Origin: Gordius albopunctatus
Lineage: Eukaryota
Length of the DNA: 64,000 bases
Reading direction: 5' to 3'
NCBI GenBank assembly: GCA_964276515.1
Contig: OZ193909.1
Location: 16,802,001 to 16,866,000 of the forward strand
Shown here: piece after piece, positions 1-13,634 of the stretch
Numbering within the stretch: the stretch's first letter is position 1
Layout of the letters: every line of letters begins with the position of its first letter
Translations under genes and position numbers: made by a program
The notes under the pieces: generated by a model
What the model was told of the DNA's origin: nothing
The model's database searches: none
What the model saw: only the letters and a program-made list of their open reading frames with translations

Positions 1-520
1 TTTATATAATTATTTAAACAAAATGGATTTCAAACAAAAACATGTTTTAGACCTTGGATGTGGTTCTGGTTTTTTAGGAATTTTGGCACTTAAAAATAAT
101 GCAGAAGGAGTTACTTTTCAAGATTATAACAAAGATGTTTTGCAAAATTTTACTATGCCCAATATTAAATTGAATATTGATACTATTAAGTATGATAAAT
201 GTATTTTTGTTGCTGGTGATTGGATAAGCATAATTGAAAAGAAGGTGTTTGAGAAAAAATTGGATGTTATCTTAACATCTGAAACAATTTATAATCCTCA
301 GAACAACTTAAAATTATATGAACTATTAAAACATTCTTTGCAAACAAATGGCCAGATATTCATTGCAGCTAAATCACATTACTTTGGCATAGGTGGTAAT
401 GTAAAAAGTTTTTTAGAGTTAATAGACAAAGACAACTATTTTGATTACAATATTTGTTGGAAATCAATTGATGGAGTGCCACGTTTAATTATTCTTTTAA
501 AATGTTCTTTAACAGGATGA
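1..520 (+). CDS. METTL18: Histidine protein methyltransferase METTL18/Hpm1-like, copy 1 (5' part outside window)
   Basis: SAM-binding motif VLDLGCGSG, then FQDYN, GDW, ILTSETIYN and AAKSHYFGIGG, all typical of METTL18/Hpm1. Same protein as the C-terminal part of 47573-48352. Confidence 0.9.
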   Translation, partial: LYNYLNKMDFKQKHVLDLGCGSGFLGILALKNNAEGVTFQDYNKDVLQNFTMPNIKLNIDTIKYDKCIFVAGDWISIIEKKVFEKKLDVILTSETIYNPQNNLKLYELLKHSLQTNGQIFIAAKSHYFGIGGNVKSFLELIDKDNYFDYNICWKSIDGVPRLIILLKCSLTG

Positions 521-3500
521 TGAAAAATTATTTCCATTTTGGAATGAATGATATCATTCTCTTCAAAAATTGGAAGCCTACCACTACTGGAGGTAGTGAA
601 TTAGAATCTATTTTTGTTATAATTAACCCTTGATTACATGTTCTTGCTCAATAAATTTATTTTAAAAATTATTCTGTTTCTTTTTGATTATAATTAATTT
701 TGTGACAAAAACTTTTTTATATATGAATTAATTAATTTAGGGCAGTTCAACGCATCAAAAAATATTTATAAAGATGTTAATCTTTCAATTTTATTTTAGC
801 TTAAATTTCTTGCCACCTCTTTACATCAAATTTTTACACCTTTTATTAAATATTTGAGCATTTATTTTTTGTAATATAGATTTTATAAGGTATATAAGTT
901 GATTATACATTACTATATGATTTAAATAAACCCAACTCGAATATAAAATAAATATTTTTTACAGATTACAAATATAGCTTTTAAATTTCAGCTCATCCTC
1001 CATATCAACAATAATTTTTTTATCATAATTTTAGATTTTATTTTAATATTAAAACTTAAATGAATTTTACTATTATATAGGTAAATCTGATTTTTTTATT
1101 CTATATTTATAAGGTAAATTAATTCAAATATAAAATTTGCCAAAAAGTTTTATTAATAAAAGTTGAATTCAGGTCGGGCCAAAAATGAAAAATTGGTTGG
1201 GCCCGGCCAAAATAAAAAGTCCTGCTTGGGCGAAAATAATTTATTTCCCAGGTCTCTATGCGTAGTACAACTAAAATTATGTTTTATTCCACAGAAACAA
1301 TGCAATTTATGTTTATCCCTCAATCAAAATAAATGTTTTTGAATTATCCTTTAAACTTTTAAAAAGGGACATCTTGCTTGCCAGATGTGAACAAAGCATT
1401 ATTGCTTACATTTATTTTAGCCAGTTTAGGTAAGAAAACTAAAAGCTATATACCTTTAATTTTAAACAATCCCGAGTTTAGAGTGCATGAGTGTATAGTA
1501 GTTGTAAAAAGGACTGCCTTTTCTCTTAGTCGCTTTCCAGCCTTAGTCAAAATTTTAAAAAAAATAGACCAGATTCGCCCGTTAATCAACAAAACCTAGG
1601 CGTTTTTACAACACTAGTTTATAGCAACAAAAGACACTATATACCTGATACACACGAGTTGATGATCAAAATATTATTACAAATGGTAGAAAGACACCTA
1701 ATTGAATTTTTAATGGTTTAACCATAGAGGTTAGAAACTTTTTCATACTACTATTTTTTGGGATTCCTTCTTTATGATAGACTTCTGTGATTTCAAATTT
1801 TAAAATGCTTTTTAAAAAATGAGACGTTATTAATATCTTTGTCAGAATTAAAAATGGAATTCTGTGTGATATGAAAAGGATTTCTTGTTTTGATAAAAAT
1901 GTGAAATAGGGCGAAAATAGGTAAATTATCATTAAACAATGAAACTAAAAATTTAGAAAGTACCTATATTTTACTCAAGATGAAAGTTTTAACTAAGCAC
2001 TATTAATAGCTTCACATATTTCAAGGGCCCGGAATTTTTATATTTTTGATAAAGAACTCAGCTCGGCCCAGAACTTTACGGACCATGGGTAGCTAACTAA
2101 GTGCAGTCTCTACCAGTATTGTAAAAACGACTGGATTGTATTTGGTCGACCTGATTTTAGTCGTTTTACAGCACTAGTCTCTACACTCGTATGCGGTTGT
2201 GATTATTAGTTAGGCAGCGGATTTTAATCCTGAAACTTTTTAGTTTCTGTATCAAGAGGTTTAATAGCATTTAGGTAGGACGTTTTTACTAGAGTCTAAA
2301 AATGCTTAGTTTTGCCTTATTTGCTTCCTCTTCAGATCCCAAATATTATTTATTCTTTTTACATTAGTCTATAGTGTGGTTTTTTAGTTAAAATACAGAG
2401 CTCTTTCTCGGTGTATAAATTGATTTTAAGCCACAGAGGCCCACTACTTTCGTATCAAAATTTTTAATAAAATTCTTGTCATCTACTCCGACAAATTAAC
2501 GTAAAATTTCTCAAATTGTTTTTACAAAGCTCATAAACCGCTATTGTCTTCACTTAAGACTTTCCATAAATATATGAGTTTGCCTGCAAGAAAGTTTCAA
2601 AATAATTTTTGCGTGTTAACGCCTGAAGCAAAGATTTTTAGGGTGCGCGATTCGAAGCAAAAATTTAGGACATTAATTTATTAAGTGTGTTCTATATAAT
2701 GCATATGTTTGGCTTTTTTATAATTGACTTGATAGAACAAATTAAAAATAATATATATTTCCCTATTATCAACTCAAAGCATTTGTAATTGATGCTCGAA
2801 TTTTCGTTTCGCGCTCATCACGAATGCCCCACTAAATTGTTGGTTTGGTCCTTTAACAGCCCATCTCTTAATAACGAATTGATTGGGGTAAATTTAATAG
2901 CAAGTAGAGGCAGCAGCGGGCCGACTTTTTAAATTTAAAGCAAAAATTAATAAATATATTTCCATTTCACGTCGTTCGCTGCTAAATTAGGCTGGGCTTT
3001 AGAACTAATCAGATACGAAGGTAGTCCTAGCAAGTATTCTTGTAAAAGTTATTTGTTAAAATTTTTTGTTATTGTTAATTCGTCTTCCTGTTTTTGGACC
3101 AAAATCGGGACTATTGAGTCAGTAAAGAAGTTAAGTATGGCTAAATTAAATTGTGATACAGCTGCGTGTAAATGTTAATTTATAAGGTTGAATTAATTCC
3201 ATTATCAATTCACGCGATAAAGGAATCGAATGCTCTTCGTAGTGCTGATTTGAGATTTTTATTATTAATCAAATTTTAGCCATAACTTTAATAAATTGCA
3301 AAAAAATTTTGGATTTATAGGAGGTTGGGGGTGGGCGCCTCTTCCTGCCTCCCCCCTTAGCTAACTTCAGGCTAATAATAATTTTGAATATATACCATTA
3401 TTTTGGTAGATATTGCCTCTTCGTAATTTTTTATATGATTAAATAACCCTCAACTTTACGGTAGAATTTGTGGGTGCTTGCGTGGCCATCATGTTAGCGG

Positions 3501-5199
3501 GCGTGGTCCACGAAGCCCTGAGGCATGGGCGGGTTCGGTTGACTCATTATTCGCGTTGTTTATGCGCCGTCGTTGCCGTGACAACCGCCTCCGACCCCGG
3601 CGGGCGTGAAGATTCTACCTCTCCCTTAACTCCGGTCGGAACCGCCTCTCATACGGTCAGCTGTTGTGATCGATCAGCTGATGACTGCGTAAGGGGCAAA
3701 ACGCCGTCTTTCCCCTACGTAACTTACGCACCAACCGGACTAGGATCTTACGCGCCTTTCGATGGGTACTACGCTATGTATTTTGGTGTTATTTAAGAAT
3801 TTTAAAGTCTGCCTCCTGAAATTCTAAAGTTCTTAAATAAATATTCTACGCAACAGAGTAGTTTTTATTAATAATTTGTTGAGTTCGCACCATGGGCTTA
3901 GCCAGGTTTTGGATAAGGGGGGGGGGCGAAAACTGTTTAAGCCCAATTAGGGGGGGGGCAAAACATTATTTTTTAATTATTAAGGGTTTCTGTATTGAAA
4001 AATATTTTCTTTTTATTTAGCCTTGTCCCCCCCCCTTGGCTACGCCCATGGTTCACACACTAGATAAGCTTACGAGCATGCGTCAATGATTTAAAATTTT
4101 ATCACAACCTTGGCCTTTGTCGTGTTTAAAAAAATAACTCGATAGGTCTGTTCCATAAAAGCGCCAGTATCCATGTTAATGGTTTAAAAGGGATCATAAC
4201 AATGGTCATGGGTCCATTAATTACTATCGATTCAATCGCTGTGCAAAAAAACTATTTGAATCTTTAACAGCGAAAGTTTTATATATACATAATTTGAAAT
4301 TGATATATTTTTGATTTATTAAAAATTTGACACGTTGCACTTAAAATCTAAATTTGCATTTCTTTTTAATGAGTTATGGACTCAAATATTAATTAAAGAA
4401 TTTATTGACCTTGTTTTTCAAATTGGAATATAAATGTGCTGTATTATTAAATATCGCGAAATAAATTGAAACATCATTTTTTACTTTTTAGCTATTAAAA
4501 TCAATCAAAAGTCCCCGCATTCTCGCGATGATTTGACTTTTTGACCTTTGACAAATGGTCCGAGTGAAGAATAAAAAAGCAGACGATTTTCAATAAGCAA
4601 ATGTCTTAATTTACATTCCCTTATTTAATTATTTGATTTACCAAATATACCATTATTTATTAATTTTAATATAATGTACATGAAACATTACTTATTAAAA
4701 ATTTTTTCGGTGACTTTAATGAAACAAGAATATTTAAAGTCACTGTAACTCATCCATGGGCGTAGCCAGCGTTGGAATTAGAGGGGGGCAACAATGTTTT
4801 AGGGAGGGGAAAAATGATCATTTGTTGAAATTTTAGCCAAATTTTTGGATTTAGAGGGGGTAAGCCGCCCTTCACTGCCCCCCCTCTTTGCTACGCCCAT
4901 ACAGTCATCCATGAAAACCGTATAAATTAATGCCTAGACTTGGTCAATCAAGAAAATGGCGACCTTACCCATCATATTACATAGCGCTAGGACAAACTGT
5001 GCTGTACGCCCTACACACGACGCTCAGTTTTGGACTCATGTTGATATTCATGACTTTCAACGCTTACCTTTGCGGCTCCGTTATAGCCGGGCTCACTTTA
5101 GGCTACTTCATTTTCGTAGAAATTTTACCGGGCCGACTTATAGCTGGGTCTGATGTCATAACCACTCTGCAGACCATGGATCAACCATGTTGTCACTAA
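516..5199 (+). CDS. Ctr/SLC31 copper transporter paralog A, copy 1 (exons 516-592, 3465-3765, 4938-5199; exon 1 outside window)
   Basis: Exon 516-592 encodes MMKNYFHFGMNDIILFKNWKPTTTG (Ctr N-terminal FHFG/ILF..W motif). Exon 3465-3765 carries TM1 (EFVGACVAIMLAGVVHEAL). Exon 4938-5199 carries MxxxM (LMLIFMTFN), GxxxG (GLTLG) and C-terminal CCH. GT-AG junctions are phase-consistent (1, then 2); an alternative phase-2 donor lies at 3778. Confidence 0.85.
3891..4050. mobile_element. hAT-type MITE (CATGGGCGTAGCCAG family)
   Basis: TIRs catgggcttagcca/tggctacgcccatg; 8-bp TSD gttcgcac/gttcacac. Confidence 0.75.
4755..4901. mobile_element. hAT-type MITE (CATGGGCGTAGCCAG family)
   Basis: TIRs catgggcgtagc/gctacgcccat; degenerate TSD ending tcatc; lies just upstream of the last Ctr exon. 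Confidence 0.7.
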
Positions 5200-5275
5200 C
5201 TTCATAGCGAGAAAAGCAGTAAATGGTAAATGAATAAATTTTTGTTATTTAAATACAAATGTTTTTGTATAATTG

Positions 5276-5417
5276 CATGGGGCAACCAAAAGGGGGGGGG
5301 GCAGGGCTCTCTCGCCCTCCCTCTAAATCCAAAAATTTATTAAAATTGTGGCTTAAATTTCAAAAAATGTTTGTTTTGCCCCCGCCCCCTCTAATTCCAA
5401 TGCTGGCTACGTCCATG
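5276..5417. mobile_element. hAT-type MITE (CATGGGCGTAGCCAG family, opposite orientation)
   Basis: catgggg...ggctacgtccatg; TSD tataattg/tataagtg; internal sequence resembles the reverse complement of 4755-4901. Confidence 0.65.
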
Positions 5418-5626
5418 TATAAGTGCAGTCCTCTCTATGGCGGTGGGCAGAATATTGTAACCGATTTGGATAGATTTTACTTGGGATAGCTTATTTTGAT
5501 TTCGTCATATACCTTATTTGGGTTGCATCTGAGAATTTATTGAGTTTCGTTGAAATGGAAATGACGCAATAGGGAGGGAGATGTTGGTTAGCAGAACAGG
5601 TTAAATATTTACATGTAAAGTATATA

Positions 5627-5915
5627 CAGTCAAAACCGTTTAATTGCAAAGGCTTGAGCCTGAAATTTTATTTCGCTATTAACCGATATTTCGCGAATAA
5701 ACGATGGGGAAAAAAGTATATGTACCATATTTTATATAATTATCTGGTTGATTTAAGGACTCGAAAATGTTTGTGAATATCCGATATTGTACTATCAAGC
5801 GATTTGTCAATAAACGATGTTTTTATTAATATTATCGTTTAAAAAAAATGGTGGTTAACTTCACGATTAAAAGATTTTTGCGATAATCCGATTTGCGATT
5901 AAAAAGTTTCGACTG
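5627..5915. mobile_element. Tc1/mariner (pogo/Tigger-like) MITE
   Basis: TA|cagtcaaaac ... gtttcgactg|TA termini with TA target site; internal repeated cgat motifs. Confidence 0.65.
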
Positions 5916-7010
5916 TATATACACTAACGTCTGCTCCTTATTTTGTTTGAAATAATGAACGCAGTTTTTATTATTTTCTACAATTTGTAGATTTTATATT
6001 TAAATCGTTATTCAAAAGGTTTTATTTGCAATCATGCACTTTATTAGGTTGCTAATTCATTTATATTTATTGTTTATTAAATTAGCCCATAGCACTAGTT
6101 TTTAATTTTTTATATTTGTAATATCTTAGTTTAGAAATCATGACATTAGTTTTCAAATGCAGGGTTTTAAACTTTGATGATAACTATAAAATTGAATTAT
6201 AAAAGAACGTTTCTTATTTATTTTTTGACGATGTAGAAATTTTTTGAATCTATTATATTTGGAACTATTTAGAATTGAAGAACAATTTTGTACTCTTCCA
6301 TACAAAAGTCCTATGTAGCCTTTTCACAAAGCATGGTCACTATGCAAACATTTTCATCAATAAACCATATCTTCTTATATACAAATAGATATAAATAATA
6401 TGTATACTATTTTTTGAATTTTGCATCTTTTAATCATGTATTGAACGTTATTGATATAACCACATAGGCCGAAAGTTCAAATTTATAACCGCTCATTCTT
6501 GTTGGATATAAATATTTATATACTATTATACATTTTAAAGACTGTTCCTTTTTTTAAATATACGAATCTCACATTTTATCAAGCCTTGGCTCCGCGGCGA
6601 CTAGGTCTTGTTAGTTAGCATTACACAACGTGCCTTAGCATTTATATTGATTTATACCGTCCATTCATATCATGCATTGATAAAATCTTTTATAAATTAT
6701 CATAGATACAAATATATAGTTTTATCAAAAGAATTAATATTTGGAAAAACATTTACTACATATCTTTTAAGTTAAACGAGTCTATTATTATTTATTTTGC
6801 AAATTGTTGTGTGTTATTGCAAAATTCTGTTTTTATGGAGAAAAAAATATAAATTGAAGTTTAAAGACTTAAAAGTTTAGTCTGGGCAGAAAATTGCTTT
6901 AATAAATTTGTTTGCTTTTATGACTGAGTTAGTTGAAGTTTTATCTCATTAAAAATGTAAATTTTTAATTACTTTCTCCTGATTAAATTTATTTTTTCAG
7001 GTGATTAATT

Positions 7011-7795
7011 AAAGGCCCTCGTGGGAAGGGGAAGGGAAGGGGGAACTAAACTCATCTATACTCCGTATAAAAGTAGCATATTTGCTATGCAATTTATGGG
7101 CGAGAATAGGGGGGGGGGGTATTAAATGCAAAATGATTAGTTAATTATTTATAACAATTTTCCATCACTTTGGCCAGTGGTGATCTTTTATAATGGTTAG
7201 CAGACAGCCAAATAACTAACCTATAATTATAATGAAGAAAAAAATTGATTTTAATCTCACTTTGGCCAATGATCATTTTTTCATTGTAGAGTAGCCAGCG
7301 GACCGCCAAAAAGCCATATTATCAATGGTATTAACAAGAACAATATATTAATTTAATTTAAAAAAAATAAAAATCTTGTCCTCTCCGGGTATCGAACCAG
7401 CAATTAAGAATCTGCCCTCGCCAGGATTCGAACCCACATCAGTAGAGGCATAGGCTTTTGTAGGAGGGGGGAGCACAGGGACCCATATCAGTAGAGGCAT
7501 AGGCCCTTGTAAGGGGGGGGCATAGGTAATTATCAATGTTAACCTATACGACTTCAAAAACGTAAAAAAGAATTTCGAATCACAATTTGGCCAATGGTCA
7601 TTTTTTTATTGGTCAGTAGCCAGCGGAGGACCAAAAAGCCATATTATCAATGGTATTAACAAGAACAATATATTAATTTAATTTAAAAAAAATTTGTCCT
7701 GTCCGGGTATCGAACCAGCAAGTCAGAAAGTTGAAAGGAAGGACAACGGACGGAGGGACAACAAAAAGCGAGCCCATAAATTGTATAGCAATTAA
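7011..7795 (-). mobile_element. DINE-1/HINE-like non-autonomous Helentron element with tRNA B-box-like cassettes
   Basis: 20-bp subterminal inverted repeat ttgctatgcaatttatgggc (7082-7101) / gcccataaattgtatagcaa (7772-7791); GGAC microsatellite next to one IR; internal repeats; homologous to 23311-24522. Confidence 0.6.
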
Positions 7796-7799
7796 AAAT

Positions 7800-10700
7800 G
7801 TGTTAGCAAGCAGCCCTTCCCTTTTTATATACACTTTAAGTTGCTAAAAGAATTAGTTCCAAGTATATAAAATTTGTTGATTTTTGAAATCCCTATGCCC
7901 CTTGTGCTCCAGAAATATCTCATTAAACAAAAAGAATTGTTTTTTACAACATGGCCCTTTAACAAATAAATGCCCCTAATCAGGGAAGCTCGCTCCCCCA
8001 GACATTATATGTCCACCATCTACCTTAATATTGGATGATAACATTAATTTTAGCCCTTCTGGTACAGATATTCTTAATCTAATACCTCATCAAACCTACT
8101 ATACCACAAATGAAAAAAATTACATGACATGGAGCAGAGCCTTTTTATCTCAAGCATTCCCACCAACCATATCCAGAATTCGAAGGGGGCCCGGGCGTGC
8201 ATGCAACAGTTTTTAATAAACTTACTTAACAATATTATTTCTCTCCCTCAGAACCTATCCTATTGGGAGAAATTATTTAAATTCTCTTTTTACATTTTAT
8301 CTATTCCTCAAGAAAAGGAAGCAAATATCATTCATAATATTAAACAATTAGTTTTAAATTTTGACAGTCAAAACAGCCCTCCAGCATATAACATGGATAG
8401 AAAGGAATCCCAAATATTAACCCATAAACAAAAAGCGAATAAAATCTCTATAAAAATTCACTCATTCAACATCAAAAGCGCAATGAAATACCTTGAAGAA
8501 GACAATTCATTTTTGAATCCTTCACAAAAATCATATGAAGAAATGGAGTCTATCGTCTACTTACCGATCGCCCTCGCAACCTTCAGATATTTCTTTTAAG
8601 TCATCAGACATTCGAGATGCCATCTTATCCTTTCCTCTATGGATTCTGCAGGTGGTCTCGACGGCATAAAACTAATTTTTTTAAAAGATCTTATAACAAT
8701 TGATAATAATAACTCCTCCATCTTATAGACTTACTCACCAAATTTTTTAACCTTTTAGTCAATGGGAGTATATCTAAAGAAATAACGCCCATAGTCTTTG
8801 GAGCTAAGCTTTTAGCTATTAGGAAGGCCGACAATTCAGCCAGGCCTATCGGCGGTGTCTTCCGAAGAATTATTTCTAAATTAATTTTCTCGGCGATCAA
8901 ACCAATATTGACCCCTACTTTAATTCCGCATCCACCAGGCTTCGGGGTCAAAGGAGGGTGCGAGATAGCTACCCATGCCGCACGCTTAACCCTGGAACAC
9001 CTCCTTCTAGGTGACTCCTTTATAAAACTGGATTTTAAAAATGCTTTCAAGAGCATTCGCCGCACTGCTTTCATTAATGAATTTATAAATCTATTTCCCC
9101 AATACACCAACTACATCATTTTAAGTTACGGATGTCCTTCGATTTTGAAATTTGGAGAATTCTTCCTTGCATCCGCAGAAGGGATCCAACAAGGCGACCA
9201 CCTAGGCCCCCCTTTATTCTGCTTGGCTATAAATTACCTAATTAACGAAATTAACAAACATTGTAAACTCACCCTTAATGTCTGGTATCTAGATGACGCC
9301 ACTCTTGTTGGCACCCCTGACAACCTAGTCCAAGCACTAGAAGTAATACAAGCTTTCTTCCCCACTTTAAACTTATGTTTAAACGCTTCTAAAAGTGAAA
9401 TATATTCTGACTTGGATACCATTCATCCAAAGTTTTTTGACTTTGCCAAAATTAAAAAAGACAATATCTATGTTTTAGGCGCACCTATAGGAGGCCCTGA
9501 ATGCCTCAAAAAAATTTTAGACAAAAATCTCTCTTCTTTAAAAACCAAATTAGACATTTTTAAATCTATACCCTCTCATCATTCCTTTTTCATTATAAAA
9601 AATTATTACAACATTAGCAAAATTTTATTCTGCTTCCGCTCCACACAAGCTTTTTTATTTAAAGAAGTTTTACACGACTATGAAAACTTTTTTAAATCCA
9701 CTCTTGAATCAATTTTAAATATTTCTTTTAACACCAATACTTGGCTTCAAGCCACACTTCCCACAAAATCCGGTGGTCTAGGTATTCGCTCACCATCTGC
9801 GATTTCCCTAGCCGCGTTTATTTCTTCCTCTCTATCTTTTAAACATCATATTAACGACCTTGTCCCATTCCCACTTAATCCCTCCATAAATCAAGCCCTA
9901 TCCTTATGGAATGAGAACGTCAACGTAGGAGCTAATATACCACAATCATACGCTCAAAAAGATTTGGATGCAAGTTTGGTGTAGCGGTCCGTTGCTTACC
10001 TTCTCTCGCCATGCGACGCCAAACAGCATTGCAATCTTAGGTCATTGCCTTTCGACCAATCAGCCATGAATGGCTTGAAGCTTACCCTAGTAAGTTTTCG
10101 GGAATGTCTTTAGAGAACCCTACACTATCCTACAATATAGCCCTCCGCTTGGGCTGTAAATACACGTCTCCATACCCCTGCCGGCTTTGTAATTCACTTG
10201 TAGATGAGGAAGCGCGTCACCCTCTGTATTGTAAATTTAACAAAAGCCGGTATGGTAGGCACCAAAAAATAAATACACTGCTTCAAGCTGCCCTCAAACG
10301 GGCAAAAGTTCCTTCGATCCTTGAACCTTCAGATCCCTCTCTCGAAGTGCGGATGCGTCCGGACTGTTCGTCACTTATCCCATGGGACAAAGGCCTTTTC
10401 CTAAAATGGGACTACATCTGTATTGACATATTTTCCCCCTCCAACGATACTCACGACCCCCTAGGATCGGCAGAGCATCGGAAATCCTTAAATTATTCAG
10501 CTTTATCCCAAACCTCGATTTTTATTCCTATCGTCTCATCGTGCTCAGGATTTGGGAAGAGCGCATTAATTTTTTTTAAAGAACTCAATAAACGCTCGCC
10601 CCCTTGTAAAATATCGAATAGTTTTTTACTACGACAATCAATTGCCATCGCGATCGCTAAATCTAATTTTTATTCTTTGATAGATTCAATGCCCATTCTC

Positions 10701-10819
10701 AAAGATGAAGAAACGGATATTGAGTTTTAATCATTTTTTTATAAATGTTTTTGTTCTTATATCTTTTTAACAATTCCGCTCAATATTTAATACTTTTTAT
10801 TTAATAAAGCAAAAAAAAA
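7800..10819 (+). mobile_element. Degenerate CRE-like non-LTR retrotransposon (RT plus restriction-like endonuclease), copy 1
   Basis: N-terminal Zn motif CPLCSRN..QHGP...C (~7895-7975); RT motifs RPIGG.FRR, LDFKNAF, GIQQGDHLGP, WYLDD, GGLGIR; CCHC motif CRLC..H..C; RH..IN and RPD..WD endonuclease. AATAAA at 10803 and A-tail at 10811-10819. ORF is broken by stops and frameshifts; 5' end approximate. Confidence 0.85.
8908..9984 (+). pseudogene. Reverse transcriptase ORF fragment of the CRE-like element
   Basis: LDFKNAF, QQGD, YLDD; premature TAG at 9982-9984 and a frame change before the endonuclease ORF (10104-10730). Confidence 0.85.
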
Positions 10820-11269
10820 TTGTGATTTGTTGATTTAGATATTACTAAAAAATGAAACAAAAACTATAGTGAATTTGTCATATCTAATCACAACAGCTTG
10901 AATTTATTCTTTATTTAAAATATTTTTCCATTAAATATAAAATGGTTTTCTCGCTACCTTTCGTATGAAAATAAAAGAACTCGTTCAAATAACCATTTTA
11001 AATTTAATATATATTTAACTCAAGTATATATCTGTTTAAATTTTTGCAAAACTTTATGCATCATATATAAGATTTAATTATATTTATTAGCATAAATTAA
11101 AAGGAACGACAAACTTAAATTAAATAATATTTAGGAGAACTTAACATTAAACAATAAGACTAATATAATAGTTAGTTTTGTATCGTCATAGCCTAAAATC
11201 TACAGTAATAAAATGAAGAGATAGTAGAAAAACACCTTAAAATTTGGTTTAATGAAGTCGTTTACAATC

Positions 11270-11870
11270 TATCAAACCCCTGATCAAAAGTGTTGGAATG
11301 GCCCCCTGTCCGAGTGCCTCTTAAAGTCTCTTATTAATGGCGCTTCGGCAGAGGAACTTCCAGCGCTTAGGAGCTTAGCTCCACGCTCAGGTCACGAATG
11401 ACCCGAAGCTTTCCCAAGTCGTAACCTCGGTCTACTATTATCGAACAACGATATCCGAGGCCTAAGATTATGACAAAATAGTTGCTGAAAAAATTTCTTA
11501 ACTTTGCAATAATTCCCTAAAATCGAATGGCCATCATGGTCTACACTGTAATAGCAACAAAGCCCGGTATCTTTGACATACCGTGGTTAACAAACTTATA
11601 ATATCCCCTCTATTCTTGAACTCAGGCCTCTGTGAAGATAGCAAACAACCCGTTGGCCAATCTATAGGCGTTTGGGAAAAAGGACTCATTTTAGCATGGA
11701 ACTATAGATGTACTGACGTATTCGCCCCATCTTATCACAACAAATATCCCCTGTCCACTGGAAATTTTCAATTACTCTGAAATTAACAATACTATAATTT
11801 TTGGTTCCATTGCGACAACCACCCTAACAACCTTTGGCCTCCAAGCCTTACAAATTAAGAAAATAGGGAA
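11270..11870 (+). pseudogene. Second, older fragment of a related CRE-like retroelement (C-terminal endonuclease region)
   Basis: HE*PEAFPSRNLGLLLSNNDIR..LRL parallels HEWLEAYPSKFSGMSLEN..LRLG; WEKGLILAWNYRCTDVFAPS parallels WDKGLFLKWDYICIDIFSPS of the neighbouring element. Confidence 0.6.
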
Positions 11871-12326
11871 AGTTGTAATATAAAAAAACTTCGTAAAAAT
11901 AGCAAAAAATCACGAAACGTGGAAACGTTTCTAAAAGCGCGCGTTATATTTATTTAAGTATATGGTGATGTATTACGGTCTCTAGAATATTTATTGGTTA
12001 CAGATTTATATATTGTAAAAAAAACGGGCGTAGTTGAGTAAAAAATTGAGACACAAATGACAAAGCAATCATGGAAAAAAGTTTAACGCGAAAAGTAGCA
12101 CCATAACGATAAATAAGTACAAACAACGCAGTATAAATAATCCGCTAGATGGCGCCAACCAAATTAAAAAACATGGTTCCCGCTGTCGTAGTGTGATAAA
12201 AAGTGTTTACAAACCATCTACAATGCTAAGGCAATAATCTGGCCAAATTTGGTGGCAATCGGTTGAGAACTTTAAAAGTTATTAGCGTACAAAAAAACGT
12301 GACTTAGATTTATATATATATAGATT
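11870..12326 (-). mobile_element. Possible non-autonomous Helitron fragment
   Basis: Minus strand begins TCTATATATATATAAATC, followed by an aaccgattgccaccaaatttgg motif like those of arthropod non-autonomous Helitrons. No 3' CTAG/hairpin end was found. Confidence 0.4.
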
Positions 12327-13462
12327 ATTTGAAAAAATCGTTGAAAAGGATTATTTTTTCATTGTTTTTTAAGCTGCTAAAATAATGAAACATAGCCCCG
12401 ACAATTTTAAATTTAAAACACTTTACTTTACGAAGGAGAAAATCAACTTTTTTATTTCCGTTTTTTCCTTTATCTCACATAAATATTAATAATATATTTT
12501 TACAATAATTTTGAGCGATTTCCTTTTCAGAGCTACATTCCCCGTGATGAAATTTGATATTATCATAAACCGGTATTAAATTGAAATTTGAGCAAATAAT
12601 CTATGTTAAACCTTTTTAATGGCGCTGCTCTTAAAATTATGAAAAATAAAATATTTCAAAATTTATTAATTCGTAACACATCTCGAATTAAAATTAATTC
12701 GTCTTAGCCGGTTTAATTTTAGCAACCTTGCTTTTATTTTTGAACATTGAATTATTCATCTTAATATATCTCCAAAACGGAAAATTGGTTTAGTTTGCTC
12801 TTATTAAATTTTAGATACAAGGTTGAAATAAACAAAATTACAACTTTGTGGAATGAACTTAATTTTTCCGAGAAAAGGCCTCACTTAAATTTAATTGGGG
12901 AAAAATCTGTTTTGTTTTATCCTGGTGTTTATTTTTGTAAGGCGTTATTTTAGTTTGTTTTCGTCTTAGATAATTTATGATGCAATTAACTATCATCAAT
13001 GTACTTAATTTTTCCAAGAAACTACCATAAATTTGTGTTTATCAATTACTATTTATATAATAATACAACTCCATAAAACATTTATATCGAATTTTCAACT
13101 ACTATTTGTACACATTTAAAATGAATTCCCTATTAATCCTAATGATATTTTACCCTTATGTTAAATCCCTTTGTAAGTGAAATTATTTTAAAATCTTATA
13201 TATATTATATATTCTTTTACCTTGTATGTTCCACCTTAATTTTAAGATATAAATGGGCACTACAATAAAGGTAAAAAGTTGATTTCAATTAATATTCATT
13301 TATGCCTTTAAGGTTTAACACTATATCACCATAGTAATTTCGCCCGATATATGGTAATAGATAGGGTCGGATATACGAACCCTATATTTTATTTAACTAT
13401 AGAAAATACGACAGATAAAGATTTGGAAGTAATTTAACATAAACCCTATAAATCAAAGCACA

Positions 13463-13634
13463 CCTGGGCGTAGTGCCCCCCCCTCTAAATCCAAAATTTT
13501 GTTGAAATTTATGGAAATTCCAACTAAAATTTCAAAAAAAGCTCATTCTGACCGTCCTTAAATCATTATTGCCCTGCCTAAACCATTTTTTCCCCCACCC
13601 CCCTCTAATTCCAATGCTGGCTACTACGCCCATG
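13463..13634. mobile_element. hAT-type MITE (CATGGGCGTAG family)
   Basis: cctgggcgtag...ctacgcccatg; TSD aaagcaca/aaagcata. Confidence 0.7.

Noticed and set aside
1378..1932. Short ORFs in Ctr intron 2
   Set aside because: They overlap or adjoin MITE/hAT debris (tagttgtaaaa..ttttacaacactag) and have no recognisable motifs.
8908..10730. Retron or other prokaryotic RT defence system
   Set aside because: RT plus CCHC, restriction-like endonuclease and poly(A) tail is a eukaryotic non-LTR retrotransposon.
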